From a virus: a DNA stretch of 64,000 bases. The notes below the pieces were generated by a model. That model was not told the origin of the DNA. It ran no database searches and worked only from the letters and a program-made list of their open reading frames with translations. Where the stretch lies: positions 2,891 through 66,890 of the IMG/VR virus record IMGVR_UViG_3300036881_000016, one strand, 5' to 3'. Below, one piece after another: positions 30,308 to 40,798 of the stretch (positions are counted from its first letter, which is position 1; each line of letters starts with the position of its first letter). A program made the translations under genes and the position numbers.

Positions 30308-30790
30308 ATGGCCAAGCTTACAAAGTTCCAAAGAGAAGAGATACAACGGAAGTATCGAGAGCATGAAAAGAATCAGCCGGCGCTTGGACGCGAGTATGGC
30401 GTTTCCCAGAAGACAATCAGTCGGATAGTTAATGGCCAGGTGCTTAAAGGTCTCCGGCGCAAGCTCGATGCTGTTGATAAGTGGATACTCCGATGTATCA
30501 AACAGAGCGAAGGGCTGTCAATGATGGATGTCTACCGCTGTGTTAATCTTGAAGCAGAGGGAAATGTGCTTGGCATAGTCTGTAATGAGCAGTTCATACG
30601 GTATCGGATCAACTCACTGGAAGCAATGGGCCATATCTACACCGTTCGGGTGAAGGGTAAACCCGCTGTTAGAAGGGTATATCTACAGGAACAAAAGAAG
30701 TTTGAAGCGTTGACGGCGGTGATTCATGATGGGAGCGATCCAACCATTAGAGCCAAGACTTTTCTCACAGATCGAAGTAAGCGGCCATAG
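30308..30790 (+). CDS. HTH + winged-helix transcription regulator
   Basis: 'NQPALGREYGVSQKTISRIVNG', then 'LDAVDKWIL..IRYRINSLEAMGHI', which resembles 25279-25485. Confidence 0.7.
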   Translation: MAKLTKFQREEIQRKYREHEKNQPALGREYGVSQKTISRIVNGQVLKGLRRKLDAVDKWILRCIKQSEGLSMMDVYRCVNLEAEGNVLGIVCNEQFIRYRINSLEAMGHIYTVRVKGKPAVRRVYLQEQKKFEALTAVIHDGSDPTIRAKTFLTDRSKRP

Positions 30791-31214
30791 GGGGTCTTGC
30801 TGGCTTTGGAACGGCGTTAAGGATGACCATGGCTACGGAAAAATGAGCCGGAATGGCCACGAGGAACGGGTGCATCGAATTATGTATAAGCTAGTTAACG
30901 GTGAGATTCCGAACGGCTTGTTTGTTTTGCATCGCTGCGATACGCCGGCTTGCGTGAATCCGGATCATCTATTTGTGGGAACACAAAAAGATAACATGCA
31001 GGATTGCATCAAGAAGGGCCGCTTCAATGCCAAAGGCCCGACCGCCGAACAAAGCGGAACCGCAAAGCTAACCCAAAGAGAAGTGAACCACATCCGGTTC
31101 TTCTATGATATGGGCGCAACTCAAACAGAAATAGCGGAAGAATACGAAGTGTCAATCTCTACGATTTCTTTAATAGTAAGAGAACGCACTTGGAAGCACT
31201 CGTTGGTAGAGTGA
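30726..31214 (+). CDS. HNH homing endonuclease with HTH tail
   Basis: 'CWLWNG..GYG..VHR..VLHRCDTPACVNPDHLFVGTQKDNMQD'. Confidence 0.9.
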   Translation: MMGAIQPLEPRLFSQIEVSGHRGSCWLWNGVKDDHGYGKMSRNGHEERVHRIMYKLVNGEIPNGLFVLHRCDTPACVNPDHLFVGTQKDNMQDCIKKGRFNAKGPTAEQSGTAKLTQREVNHIRFFYDMGATQTEIAEEYEVSISTISLIVRERTWKHSLVE

Positions 31215-31311
31215 GAGATGGAAACGACGGTTAGTTATTCCCTAGCAGGTAACTTACCTCACGAATCATCTCCAAAGGTTCGAGGCCGTCGCCATAACCT
31301 TTCACTCTGCT

Positions 31312-31327
31312 ATTTCCTACGGGAAAC
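31312..31327. promoter_or_regulatory. Palindrome ATTTCCTACGGGAAAC (copy 5)
   Basis: Lies between two HNH genes. Confidence 0.65.
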
Positions 31328-31380
31328 AAAATGAAGGAATAGAAGAAAATGGCAAAAGTAAATGAAAGGTTGAACTGAAG

Positions 31381-31923
31381 ATGCCAGCGCATTCGTCTGC
31401 GGAATATCTGCAAAAGTGGCGTGCTGATAACTGTCAGCATGTCAAAGACTACGCCTTGAAGTGGCGTTTAACGAACAAAGAGTATGTAAAATCATATATG
31501 CAGAAGTATCGAGCAGAGAACAAGCAGAAAATCGCTGAGCAAGAAAAACAATACCGCCAGCAAAACCATGCACGTTACCAGCAATGGTGGCGAGAATGGG
31601 ACAAGGCGAACCCAGAAAAAGTGAGAGTGAAACACCATAAGCGCCGAGCGCGATTATTAGGGAACGGCGGTGCATTTACTGCCGATGAATTGAGTGAGAG
31701 ATTTGAAGCACAGGAAGGAAGGTGTTACTATTGCGGGCGGTTACTTTACGCCTCGTTCGATCGAGACATCCACGTAGATCATAAAACACCCCTCGCAAGA
31801 GGTGGTTCGAACGAGATAAGCAACATCGCACTTGCATGCTCAGCCTGCAATTTCTCTAAAGGCGCTAAAACCGAAGAAGAGTATTTGAAATATGAAGAAT
31901 CAAGAAGAATTTGTTCCATCTGA
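31381..31923 (+). CDS. HNH endonuclease
   Basis: 'CYYCG..HVDHKTPLARGGSNEISNIALACSACNFSKG'. Confidence 0.9.
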   Translation: MPAHSSAEYLQKWRADNCQHVKDYALKWRLTNKEYVKSYMQKYRAENKQKIAEQEKQYRQQNHARYQQWWREWDKANPEKVRVKHHKRRARLLGNGGAFTADELSERFEAQEGRCYYCGRLLYASFDRDIHVDHKTPLARGGSNEISNIALACSACNFSKGAKTEEEYLKYEESRRICSI

Positions 31924-32542
31924 AGACGAAGAACGCGAAGCAACAACGAACGGCTTCAAAATATCTCACGGCAAGCCACAGCCAGACAAGCGCGTGATAG
32001 AGCCCGAAGAGATTCGCGCAGAAGCGCCAGTCCAGAAGCCTTACCGCAACGAAACGGTTGTACGATCGCAGCCGGCGCAGGCAACACCCGCGCAGCGAAT
32101 GGAGGCTGACGAAGAGGGTTTTCCTGAGCATCAGACATTCAGCCTCAAGCCAGTACCTCGCAAGTCGTTCTGGGAAGAGGGTATGTATGAGGTAAAGATT
32201 GACAGGGCGTGGCAAGCTATAGAACCTGATAACTTCCATACGGACCCTGCAACTGGCGAGCCGATGCAAGCGTGCTTCATGCACGTTCTCTATGTCACTG
32301 TAGACGGTGTGGCCCTCGAAGGCAGGACTTCAATGAGCCGCCATAAGAAGAGTCAGTTGACGGCGTTGTTGACCGCGATCTTTGGTGCGAACCCTCCACT
32401 GGACATCGAAAGTGATGATTTAGTTGGACGGCACCTGCAGATCGTGGTCAAGAACAAAGTCAGTGCTACTACTGGAAATGAATATCCAACAGTCAAAGAC
32501 TGGTTGCGTAGCTCGCGACAGTTTGAACCGGCAGGTAAGTGA
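31892..32542 (+). CDS. Putative single-stranded DNA-binding protein (phage OB-fold-like)
   Basis: 'EGMYEVKI..SQLTALL..FG..DDLVGRHLQIVV....G.EY..V' resembles DUF669-like phage SSBs. Confidence 0.5.
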   Translation: MKNQEEFVPSEDEEREATTNGFKISHGKPQPDKRVIEPEEIRAEAPVQKPYRNETVVRSQPAQATPAQRMEADEEGFPEHQTFSLKPVPRKSFWEEGMYEVKIDRAWQAIEPDNFHTDPATGEPMQACFMHVLYVTVDGVALEGRTSMSRHKKSQLTALLTAIFGANPPLDIESDDLVGRHLQIVVKNKVSATTGNEYPTVKDWLRSSRQFEPAGK

Positions 32543-33000
32543 TGTATTCCGGTGATTGTTATAACTCCCACAACTTAGACAACGCCGTAGTGGCTGACGA
32601 CAAAGGCGTCTTTCATTTCGCAAGGGAGCTGCCGGAGAAAGAGCGCACACCGGCGCTTATGCGGATACTCGCAGAGGGGCTCGTAATGGAGTTCAAAGAA
32701 AAAGCAGTGGACATCAACGCGAGCGTCGGGAAGATTGAACTAAGCTTCTTCCTTGACGGCCACTTATACAGGGTGCATACGGAGTAGGTATGACGGGGCG
32801 CACACATCCGCAAGAGACGGAACTGGTTCAGTGTCCGTGTGGGCAAATGTTTGTTCGCACAAACTGGACGCACGGAGCCGGGGCGTACCGGAACAATCAC
32901 CGAGGACGCCCTAGAACACTTTGCGAATCTTGTCGTGCTCTGTCGAGAAGAGGAATGTCTTACGGTACTGAATTAGCAAATAAAGGAGGTGAGATCAAAG

Positions 33001-33186
33001 ATGATAAGCGAATCTATGTTTAGAAGTGCGCTAAAAGACGCAGGCGCACATAAGGTTAGCAAAGCAGCCCTCACGAAATTTCAGGCGTGGATGCTAACGC
33101 TAATGAACGACGAAGCAACAAAGGCCGTCGATAGAATGACTGCTGGAAGGCGAGTAACAGTTCTAGCAGACGACATAGGAGAGTGA
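33001..33186 (+). CDS. Archaeal-type histone (61 aa, truncated alpha-3)
   Basis: MISESMFRSALKDAGAHKVSKAALTKF..EATKAVDRMTAGRRVTVLADDIGE aligns with HMf motifs (KDAGAERVS..A, RKTIKAEDI); RBS AGGAGGTGA. Confidence 0.82.
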   Translation: MISESMFRSALKDAGAHKVSKAALTKFQAWMLTLMNDEATKAVDRMTAGRRVTVLADDIGE

Positions 33187-33190
33187 TCCA

Positions 33191-34432
33191 ATGGGAGTCA
33201 GTTTAGACTATAGTGTCTCAGTAACGGCAGGAAGCATCGGGGAAGTCCCGCAATACATTAAGGACTGGCACATAAATACCGTCGAGTTGGTTTCAACCGG
33301 CGGGGCAGGTAACAATTACGCGAGTCAGCTCGCGTATCTCAAGGGTCTTGGAGTCAAGCCGGTGCTCGATATCGAGATGGATATCTGGGCAGGCGGTCAG
33401 ATTCAATCGCCTATTGGCAACTTTACGAGCTTCCTGCAATCCTGCAAGGCGGCAGGCTGGCCGACACTCAGCTCAGAAGGTGGCAGAGCCGGTGATCCGA
33501 GCTTCATTAAGGGGCTAGGACTCGGCTACATCAACTACAACTGCGACCAGTGTGGCTTGTGGCAGAACATCTATTCCGATGTTGGAACCGTGATGAATCT
33601 CTGGGAGTGTTACTATCCTTCCGAGGTTGGTTACATCACGCAGGGCGCAAACGCTACTAAAGGCAAAGCGAACGGCGTTCTAGCCGGTGCTTGGCGTGAC
33701 GCAGCGGAACATTCAAAATGCTACTTCTCGAAAGACGCGCCGAATTACGCAAATGCGCCGAACAAGAAATTCAAAGGCGACAACGATATCCTTCAGAACA
33801 GCATCAACGGAGCGCAACCTAGCTACGAGTCAATAATTGATTCGCTCATAGCATTAGGATGCTCAGTAACGCGGTTCGACGTTTGGGGTGGAACAGCGTC
33901 AAGCAGAGCGCAGAATCAGGCCTGCGGCTTCGATTCAATAGTCGCTAACTTGCAGAAGAACCACCCACCTAACGGCATTGGACCTGCGCCACCCCCTCCG
34001 GTAACAAAGAAAATGTTTGCATCGGTTCCAGTGAGCTGTTCTATGGTTCCTGGTCGCATCGACGAGTTTGTTAAAGGGACCGATAGCACACTGTGGCACA
34101 ACTATCCAGCGATAGGCGCGGCTAACTGGCAGTCGCTAGGCGGCGTTCTTACGTCGGCACCTGCTTGCATCACGCGGGCCGGCAAGATCATAGACGTCGT
34201 TGCACGCGGTTCAAACGGTGGCTGTTACCTGAAGGAATGGAACGGCACTCAATGGCTCGACTGGAAAGACCTTGGCGGCGTTGTAGCTGCAAATACTCCA
34301 TTAGGGATCATTGCAGTGAACGACAACAGCCTAAACGTCTATGTTATCGGGAGCGACGGCAATGTATGGGTCAAGTCAATGGTGAATGCTGTGTGGAGTA
34401 ATTGGAAGAGGGACGCAACCGTAATGGGGTGA
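33191..34432 (+). CDS. Putative glycoside-hydrolase-like domain + Pro linker + PLL-type beta-propeller lectin repeats
   Basis: C-terminal 'WQSLGGVLTSAPA..DVVARGSNG..W..W.DLGG' repeats; the N-terminal alpha/beta domain is paralogous to 45373-46065 and to an insert in 48095-51790. Confidence 0.6.
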   Translation: MGVSLDYSVSVTAGSIGEVPQYIKDWHINTVELVSTGGAGNNYASQLAYLKGLGVKPVLDIEMDIWAGGQIQSPIGNFTSFLQSCKAAGWPTLSSEGGRAGDPSFIKGLGLGYINYNCDQCGLWQNIYSDVGTVMNLWECYYPSEVGYITQGANATKGKANGVLAGAWRDAAEHSKCYFSKDAPNYANAPNKKFKGDNDILQNSINGAQPSYESIIDSLIALGCSVTRFDVWGGTASSRAQNQACGFDSIVANLQKNHPPNGIGPAPPPPVTKKMFASVPVSCSMVPGRIDEFVKGTDSTLWHNYPAIGAANWQSLGGVLTSAPACITRAGKIIDVVARGSNGGCYLKEWNGTQWLDWKDLGGVVAANTPLGIIAVNDNSLNVYVIGSDGNVWVKSMVNAVWSNWKRDATVMG

Positions 34433-35839
34433 ACCCAACATCAACACGCCGGTACCGTGTCGGAACTGTGGACGGCCAATGCTTCTAGTGCACAGTTCGC
34501 TCGGAGGAGACAACCCAAGTCTCCTCTGTCCTTTTTGTATTACAAAGCAAGACATAATACATAAGCAAACAAATCCGCTGTTAGGCATGTGGAACCTAGG
34601 GGGAGATTAAACGCGAGAGGAAGATTCATATCAGAGAAAGAAAGCACCCACACTTGAAGAGTTAGTGAATAAGCGTTTGAAAGAGGTCGAAGGTGAAGTT
34701 CGAGAACTGAAAGGTGCGCTCACATCGCTTGAAGAATACGTGAACCGTTTAGGATTACTCAATGATCCTGACCGGATAGGTGAGGAGGTAATAAGGGAGG
34801 TAATACGTGTCATCAAAGAAGCAGAAGTCCGACGGCATCCCGGCAGTATATAAACCAATAACACTCAACCTCCCTCAGCCGCAAAACGAGCAGCAATTCA
34901 AAGCGCTTGCGATGGTAATATATCAGATTAATCTTGGGGAGTTTATGAGACGATGGCGGTGGGAAAAGAAACTTGTAGATAAGCTACCAATAATGGAGCT
35001 CGCGCAAGTGCCACCACAGATGAACATTAAGATGGTCGATGCGGAAGCAGCAGTGGAGAACAAGGACGCAGTTCTAGGTCAAAATTAGGAGGCAGGAAAT
35101 GGAAATCGAAATACCGGCTGCGAGAGAAGAGGCTGAATCGTGGGTAAAAGAACACCTGACAGATTACCTAGTATTCGTATCTCGGGGGGAAGGAGTCGTA
35201 GAGGTTCAACTTGATCAAGCTTTTCGTAATGGGTTCTTTATCCACATGAACGAATGGATGAAAGACCTTAAATTTGTGGCGACGCTGAAGGAAGGTAAAC
35301 CCTTATTCGGGAGGAAGAAAGATGACTAATGTAATTTGCGTATGTGGTGCTGAAGCGCCAATAGTTATAATTACTGAACAGGAACCTGACGAGGAGATTA
35401 GGGAAGAGTTTTTCGGCAAGAAGCTTGTGCGGTGCGAAGCGTGTCACACACTTACCCTTGTAGACGAAGAGCTGCAAGAACAGCTCGATGAAGCCGAGGA
35501 GATTGGCAGACGCGATGGATGCGAGCCGCCACTTGTGCAAATCGTTGATGCAAAAGAAGAAGCTGAACGCAATGCAAAGAAAATTAAGGTTGAAGACAAC
35601 GGCAAAGGTATTTTAAAGTTATCAAGACAATAGGAGGTGTTACAAGGTTATCGTTTATACCGCCCCGCAAACTGCAATGGCGCCATCCGTGGCTCCGTTA
35701 TAAAGTTTCGCGGCTCGACCATGCCTTTACGGGAATTTATTGTAGTGTCACAGTCGCCGTTCTAGCGATTATGGCTTCAGCCCCGTTATGGCTCGGTTGT
35801 GCAGCGTGCAGGGTGTAAAAAACAGAACATAAAGGCAAA

Positions 35840-36103
35840 ATGGCGATGGATGATGTTAGGAATTTGCTCAGAGAATCGGGCCGTGGCATGACCTTAGAAG
35901 AGCTGGCCCACGCTACTGGCTTAGCTAAAGGAACGGTCCAGCGCAACGTCGCCGATCTCTGGAAAAAACATGAAATTTCGCGGATGTATAAGTTCAATGA
36001 GCTTAACATCCGCTACGTTTATTACTTCTACGGCTCGAACTTAGTGGGCGACAATCAGATGAGGGGTGCATGGCCAAAACAGAAGGTTGCGATAAAAAGG
36101 TAG
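35840..36103 (+). CDS. Winged-helix protein
   Basis: '[25 protein letters not shown]'. Confidence 0.75.
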   Translation: MAMDDVRNLLRESGRGMTLEELAHATGLAKGTVQRNVADLWKKHEISRMYKFNELNIRYVYYFYGSNLVGDNQMRGAWPKQKVAIKR

Positions 36104-36528
36104 ATACGCCTTGCGAGAACTTTAAGGGTTACATCATGCCCAACGGTTATGGCTACCAGCATGATCCGGTGCGATACGAACGTGGCGAGAAAAACTTGGT
36201 TTACGCGCACCGCTTGGCATACGAACGGCACTTCGGACCGATACCAAAAGGGGTGTGTGTTTGCCACCGTTGCGATAACCGCGCTTGTATCCGTCCAGAT
36301 CATCTTTTTCTAGGAACGCATAAAGACAACACTCAGGATGCGGTCAAAAAAGGCCGCATGCCACGAGGCGAGCAAAGCGTCCTTGCGAAACTCACGATGG
36401 CGCAAATTGGCGAGATTCGGAAGCGCTACAAGAAATGGGTTGTCGGGACGCCCCAACTCGCTAAGGAGTATAGGGTAAGCAAAGCCACAATATTACGTAT
36501 TATCCATAACGAGCGATATAGGGGCTGA
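36070..36528 (+). CDS. HNH homing endonuclease with HTH tail
   Basis: '[38 protein letters not shown]'. Confidence 0.9.
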   Translation: MAKTEGCDKKVDTPCENFKGYIMPNGYGYQHDPVRYERGEKNLVYAHRLAYERHFGPIPKGVCVCHRCDNRACIRPDHLFLGTHKDNTQDAVKKGRMPRGEQSVLAKLTMAQIGEIRKRYKKWVVGTPQLAKEYRVSKATILRIIHNERYRG

Positions 36529-36532
36529 TCTG

Positions 36533-37024
36533 ATAGCAAAGAAAGGATATCCGTTTGAAGCGTTCATTAGGTCGGCGCTGATTGACTTTTGCGTGGAGTA
36601 TCGTATCCCCGCGTACGTGAGACGTGAATATCAGAACGTCCCCAATTTTATCGGCTGTGACATCACCGTTGACTCACCGTATCCAAGTTGGCATATAGCG
36701 ATAGAGTGTAAGAGCCGCGTGCCTGCGAAGCGATACAACTTCGCGAAGATGTTTCCACATAATCAGTTCGAGCGCATTAATGAGTATCTACAGCTCTCCG
36801 GACGACGTGGTTTTTTGGCAATCCAAGTCCACAAGCGGCCTAAAAATAAGGTCTATGTAATAAAGTGGCATGATCTGGATGAACTTTATGCTCGCGGACA
36901 GCCCTCGTTTAGAATGTTCGATCCATCGGAGCTGCCCAGACCAGTGAATAAGGATGAGGTTGCCGCACGTGAGCTGGTTGAGAATGGGGACGGTATGCAA
37001 AATTTGAATGAGGTATTCTTATGA
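36533..37024 (+). CDS. Holliday junction resolvase (Hjc/RecU-like PD-(D/E)xK nuclease)
   Basis: 'CDITV..IAIECKS..HNQFE..L..SG..GFLAI'. The frame extends upstream to 'IAKKGYPFEAFI', the G..FE N-terminal motif of this family. Confidence 0.75.
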   Translation: MAKKGYPFEAFIRSALIDFCVEYRIPAYVRREYQNVPNFIGCDITVDSPYPSWHIAIECKSRVPAKRYNFAKMFPHNQFERINEYLQLSGRRGFLAIQVHKRPKNKVYVIKWHDLDELYARGQPSFRMFDPSELPRPVNKDEVAARELVENGDGMQNLNEVFL

Positions 37025-37523
37025 TGCAAATTAATGTAGAGAAGAGGAGGTGAACAAATGACAGGTCCAGCATTTTGTGTTCAACGTCAGTTACTAGGAC
37101 TGATGCAATCGTGCGAATGCACAGTGAATGATTGTGCTTTTGAGCCGGTCTGTGAGGCTATGAGGGAAATCCTTGCACCACCAACAAAAGCTAAGAAAGG
37201 AGCCAAAAAGAAATGAGTCTCAAGGATGAACTAAATACAGAATGTTTCGCATTTGAAAAACTAGCGGATGAACTTGAATCAGTCCTGGCGGATTTGCGTA
37301 ATGGGATTGATCCGACGCGCACACGCATACGGTTAAAAATCGTCTGCGCTGAACTACATCTGCAACGAGAGCGCGTTGACCGGATGGTGAAAGACGCGGA
37401 GGAGGGAGCACCCGCGCCGGAACCAAAGATATCAACATTTAGCAGTGTGTTCCACGGGCCATTTCACGGGGAGGCCCAAGTCAATTTTTCAAAGCTTGTT
37501 TATGATTCTGGTAAGGAGGATAG

Positions 37524-38735
37524 ATGATAACTAAAACTAAGAAAGGTCACGGCCTGGGGTGGAAGCCCCAATTAAAAGATCACCGTGATTATAGATACGA
37601 AGATCACGTGAGACTAATGATGGCTGAAGCGTTACAGCCTACAGACCTAACTAACTTGGTCAGCACAGTCAAGAATCAAGGCCAATTAGGTGCGTGCGTT
37701 GCTCACGGAACCACGTCAGGATTTGAAGCGTGTCAGATGAAGGCAAAGTTAGCACCCGTGTTAGGCTGCAGGCTGCTTGTCTATCGTGATGCGAGGATCA
37801 TAGGCGGTGACTTCCCTGGCGACAATGGGTGTAATATCAGAGATGGTATCCACGCGACTGTTCAGGACGGCGTGGCACCTGAAACTGATTGGGCTTACAA
37901 TATAAGCCAGTTTGATGACACTCCACCAGCGAAAGCGGTCGCGGATGCGGTGAAATCTGAGACCGTGAGCTACTATTTGCTTGATGGCTCGAGCACCACG
38001 CAGATGATTGCGAACATAGACAACTGCCTCTGTGTGACAGGCCTTCCGGTGGTTTACGGAATGCCAGTCTACCAACAATACGAAGACGTAGGCAGCGACG
38101 GAATCATTGAGATGCCGTCAGGGGCGTCAATCGGTGGTCACTGCAATGCACTCTGCGGCGTCACTGGATTCACCGCCAGCGACTATTACATCACCCTAAA
38201 TTCGTGGGGGACAGGTTGGGGCAAAGGATACGGCAAGTTCAGTGGGGGATTCGGCTTGATCCCTAGACCGTATATCCAGAACTATGCAAGTGACAGTTGG
38301 GTAATTGCTACGGAGAGTCAGATCAATCCGACTCCTCCTCCGGTGACGCACGTAACTGCAAATTCATCGCCAATGCTTATGGCAAGTGGTGATCGGTTTG
38401 TAACGGGTTCAGACAAAGCAGTGTGGCAACAGCACGCAGCTGCATGGAAGTCCCTCGGCGGGGTAGTTCTCGGTGCGCCAGCATCATGCACAGACGGCAC
38501 CAATGTTGACGTCTTTGCAGTTGGAAGCAACGGGGCTATCTGGTGGAAGCGCAATGCGAATGCGTGGGTATCCCTTGGTGGCACAGCTCTTGTAGGCTCA
38601 GTCCCAAGCGCAGCATACGTCAACGGCGTGTTGACTGTTGATGTTGAAGGCACAAACCACACGATATACGAAAAGAAGTATGTCAGCGGTGTGTGGACAA
38701 CCGCGTGGGCCGCAGTAGCATTGAACTTGAACTAA
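37524..38735 (+). CDS. Papain-family (C1A) cysteine peptidase with C-terminal PLL-type lectin repeats
   Basis: Catalytic motifs 'NQGQLGACVAH', 'GGHC', 'NSWG'; xylellain-like N-terminus 'GLGWKP..DHRD'; PTPPPVT linker; 'WKSLGG..APA..DVFAVGSNGAIW'. Confidence 0.9.
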   Translation: MITKTKKGHGLGWKPQLKDHRDYRYEDHVRLMMAEALQPTDLTNLVSTVKNQGQLGACVAHGTTSGFEACQMKAKLAPVLGCRLLVYRDARIIGGDFPGDNGCNIRDGIHATVQDGVAPETDWAYNISQFDDTPPAKAVADAVKSETVSYYLLDGSSTTQMIANIDNCLCVTGLPVVYGMPVYQQYEDVGSDGIIEMPSGASIGGHCNALCGVTGFTASDYYITLNSWGTGWGKGYGKFSGGFGLIPRPYIQNYASDSWVIATESQINPTPPPVTHVTANSSPMLMASGDRFVTGSDKAVWQQHAAAWKSLGGVVLGAPASCTDGTNVDVFAVGSNGAIWWKRNANAWVSLGGTALVGSVPSAAYVNGVLTVDVEGTNHTIYEKKYVSGVWTTAWAAVALNLN

Positions 38736-39620
38736 TTTAAAAGGCGTGAGGCGGTCGGGAGCCCGTTCTTGCGCTCTACTTTCTTTCTTAGGGGTGGGAA
38801 AATAGATGAAACAAATGGATGTGAAACCAGTTAAGACTTGTTTAGACCTACTAACGCCCGGCTACGAGTATCGCGGCGGCGTTAAAAAATGCCAATGGTG
38901 TCACGGGACTTTCGCTGACGGTCAACATAAGAACGAGCTAATCAAGCGCAGCAAAGACGAGAGCACCTCAGTAGGGATGATGTGCGATGATTGCTATAAT
39001 TATCTAATCGTTGGACCCGAGATTGACTTCATTGGCCACGCAATTTACGCGAGGCACGTACACGAACATATTCGAGACTACGACGACCGGCACGTGCCGA
39101 GCTACGACCCGAAGAAAAGTTTGAAAGAGTTGGCACAATCTTAAGTGAGTGACACGGCGCGAGCCGGTTCAACACCGGACAATACTTGCAGAACCATTCA
39201 GGCAGTAAGGAAAATAGAACCGCGCCGAGTCTCACCGTTTGATTGAATGGTAATACGACTGCGCTCGCCAGTCTTCACAGAGAACGTCCTTGATGCTGTG
39301 ATAGCGCCTGCGTAAGCAGTTGCGCGGTCGAGCGTGATAAACGTCGTCTATCTTCGGACTGATCTCAGCGAGATCATCAATGATTGTAATAACTAACTGA
39401 TGATTGTGATCTTTATAAGGCTGGTAAAGAAGATGTTCGTATTCAGAAGTGAACTTGGTTTCGCTGCAGTCTTGCACGTTCTTAGCTAGTTCGTGGCCGA
39501 CCATCGCTTGCTTGATTCTTGCCAGTTTGATATTGATCCTGAAGCACTTGATTGCTTCTATAGGGCAAGACGAGACGGGTTTGCAGGGTTTGTACATAAT
39601 AAAGAAAAAAGAGTAGACTA

Positions 39621-39845
39621 TTAGTAGTCTACCACTGGTTGTTCGTCTTCTATCGTCGTGAGCAACGTTGCTAATGCCGTGAGGATCACTACGATTATGC
39701 CGAGGGCGCCAGCTTCCGTCGCAGTCAGTTGGATGAAGCTACCGACTTGGTTCACGATCCCTATTACCATACCGATAATTAAGATCGCTACAGCAAGAGG
39801 GCTCAATGATGGATTTGGATCGACTCTAAGTGCCATTTTTATCAC
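39621..39845 (-). CDS. Small two-TM membrane protein (holin-like position)
   Basis: Two hydrophobic helices and an acidic tail, near the end of the late operon. Confidence 0.55.
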   Translation of the reverse strand: MIKMALRVDPNPSLSPLAVAILIIGMVIGIVNQVGSFIQLTATEAGALGIIVVILTALATLLTTIEDEQPVVDY

Positions 39846-39848
39846 CTC

Positions 39849-40478
39849 CTAATGTATATGTACAGTTGTGAATAGGAGCGCTAATACAACTGTAACGATG
39901 AATCCGACGACGATTCCGATGACGTACTGCTGAGTTTTGATCTTGTCTTTTCGTGTATCATCTTTAAGTGCGTCAATCTTAAGGACGCATGCATCTTTAA
40001 CTTCCACCATAAGCTCGCGCATAGTCGTCATGCGAGAGGTTACTTCTTTTTCCATAGTATCGAAGTCTGTGCGTAGTTGCTCACACTCCTTGGATACCAC
40101 GCCAACATCGGCGACCAAACCGCTAATCTGTTCCGCACGTGTCGCTTGTCCAACTTCCAGTAATCCCTCAGCTTTGTTTACTCCGTTGATTTTGTCGCCC
40201 AATCCTTTGTTTACCCCTTCGATCTTATCTTCTAATCGTTGTATTCGTTCATCAGAGCCGCGTCTGTACCGATCTCCGCGATCCCACTGGTAGCTGCCGT
40301 CTATGTTCCTTTTATCCGGTATTCGCGACGAGTCTTCTAACGCCTTGGTAGCCGCATTACACGCATCGTCAATCATCTTCTGCGCTTTCTCGGCTGCCGC
40401 TTGTATGCGCTCTTGGGCCACTAACGCTGAGTCGTCAAGTTTCTTAATCGCGTCGGCTGCTTTAGTTGCTTGGGTCAT
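39849..40478 (-). CDS. Coiled-coil protein with C-terminal TM anchor
   Basis: Heptad-rich body; C-terminal 'YVIGIVVGFIVTVVLALLF'. Confidence 0.7.
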   Translation of the reverse strand: MTQATKAADAIKKLDDSALVAQERIQAAAEKAQKMIDDACNAATKALEDSSRIPDKRNIDGSYQWDRGDRYRRGSDERIQRLEDKIEGVNKGLGDKINGVNKAEGLLEVGQATRAEQISGLVADVGVVSKECEQLRTDFDTMEKEVTSRMTTMRELMVEVKDACVLKIDALKDDTRKDKIKTQQYVIGIVVGFIVTVVLALLFTTVHIH

Positions 40479-40798
40479 AAGTTCTGTAACTGTTCCTCAG
40501 CAAGTCGGTCTTCCTCTGCAGCTGCGTCAATCATTTCGCGTGCGGATTCCTGCTCCTTTTGGATCAAGTCTCTCGCTTTCGTTACGGCTACAGAGAGCAA
40601 GTCTCTTGCTCGAAGCGCCGCTTCCGATATGAGACTTCGGGCTTCTTCTGCCGCAACTTCCATCAGTGCATTAGCCGCTGCCTCTGCTTCTCCAAGTCGG
40701 ATTTTAGCGGCCTCTTCTGCAGTTTCCCGCCGAGTTCGCATCCGCGCTTCGATCTTTTCAATGAGTTCTTTCTTTTCAGTGTCCATCCGTTCGTTCAC
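40475..40798 (-). CDS. Ala/Glu-rich coiled-coil protein
   Basis: About 11-residue periodicity 'A(A/V)..AR.L(I/L)'. Confidence 0.65.
   Translation of the reverse strand: MNERMDTEKKELIEKIEARMRTRRETAEEAAKIRLGEAEAAANALMEVAAEEARSLISEAALRARDLLSVAVTKARDLIQKEQESAREMIDAAAEEDRLAEEQLQNL

Noticed and set aside
39164-39178. tRNA gene
   Set aside because: Only a T-arm-like hairpin; no properly spaced D arm, anticodon arm or acceptor stem. I recognised no tRNA anywhere in the window by eye.
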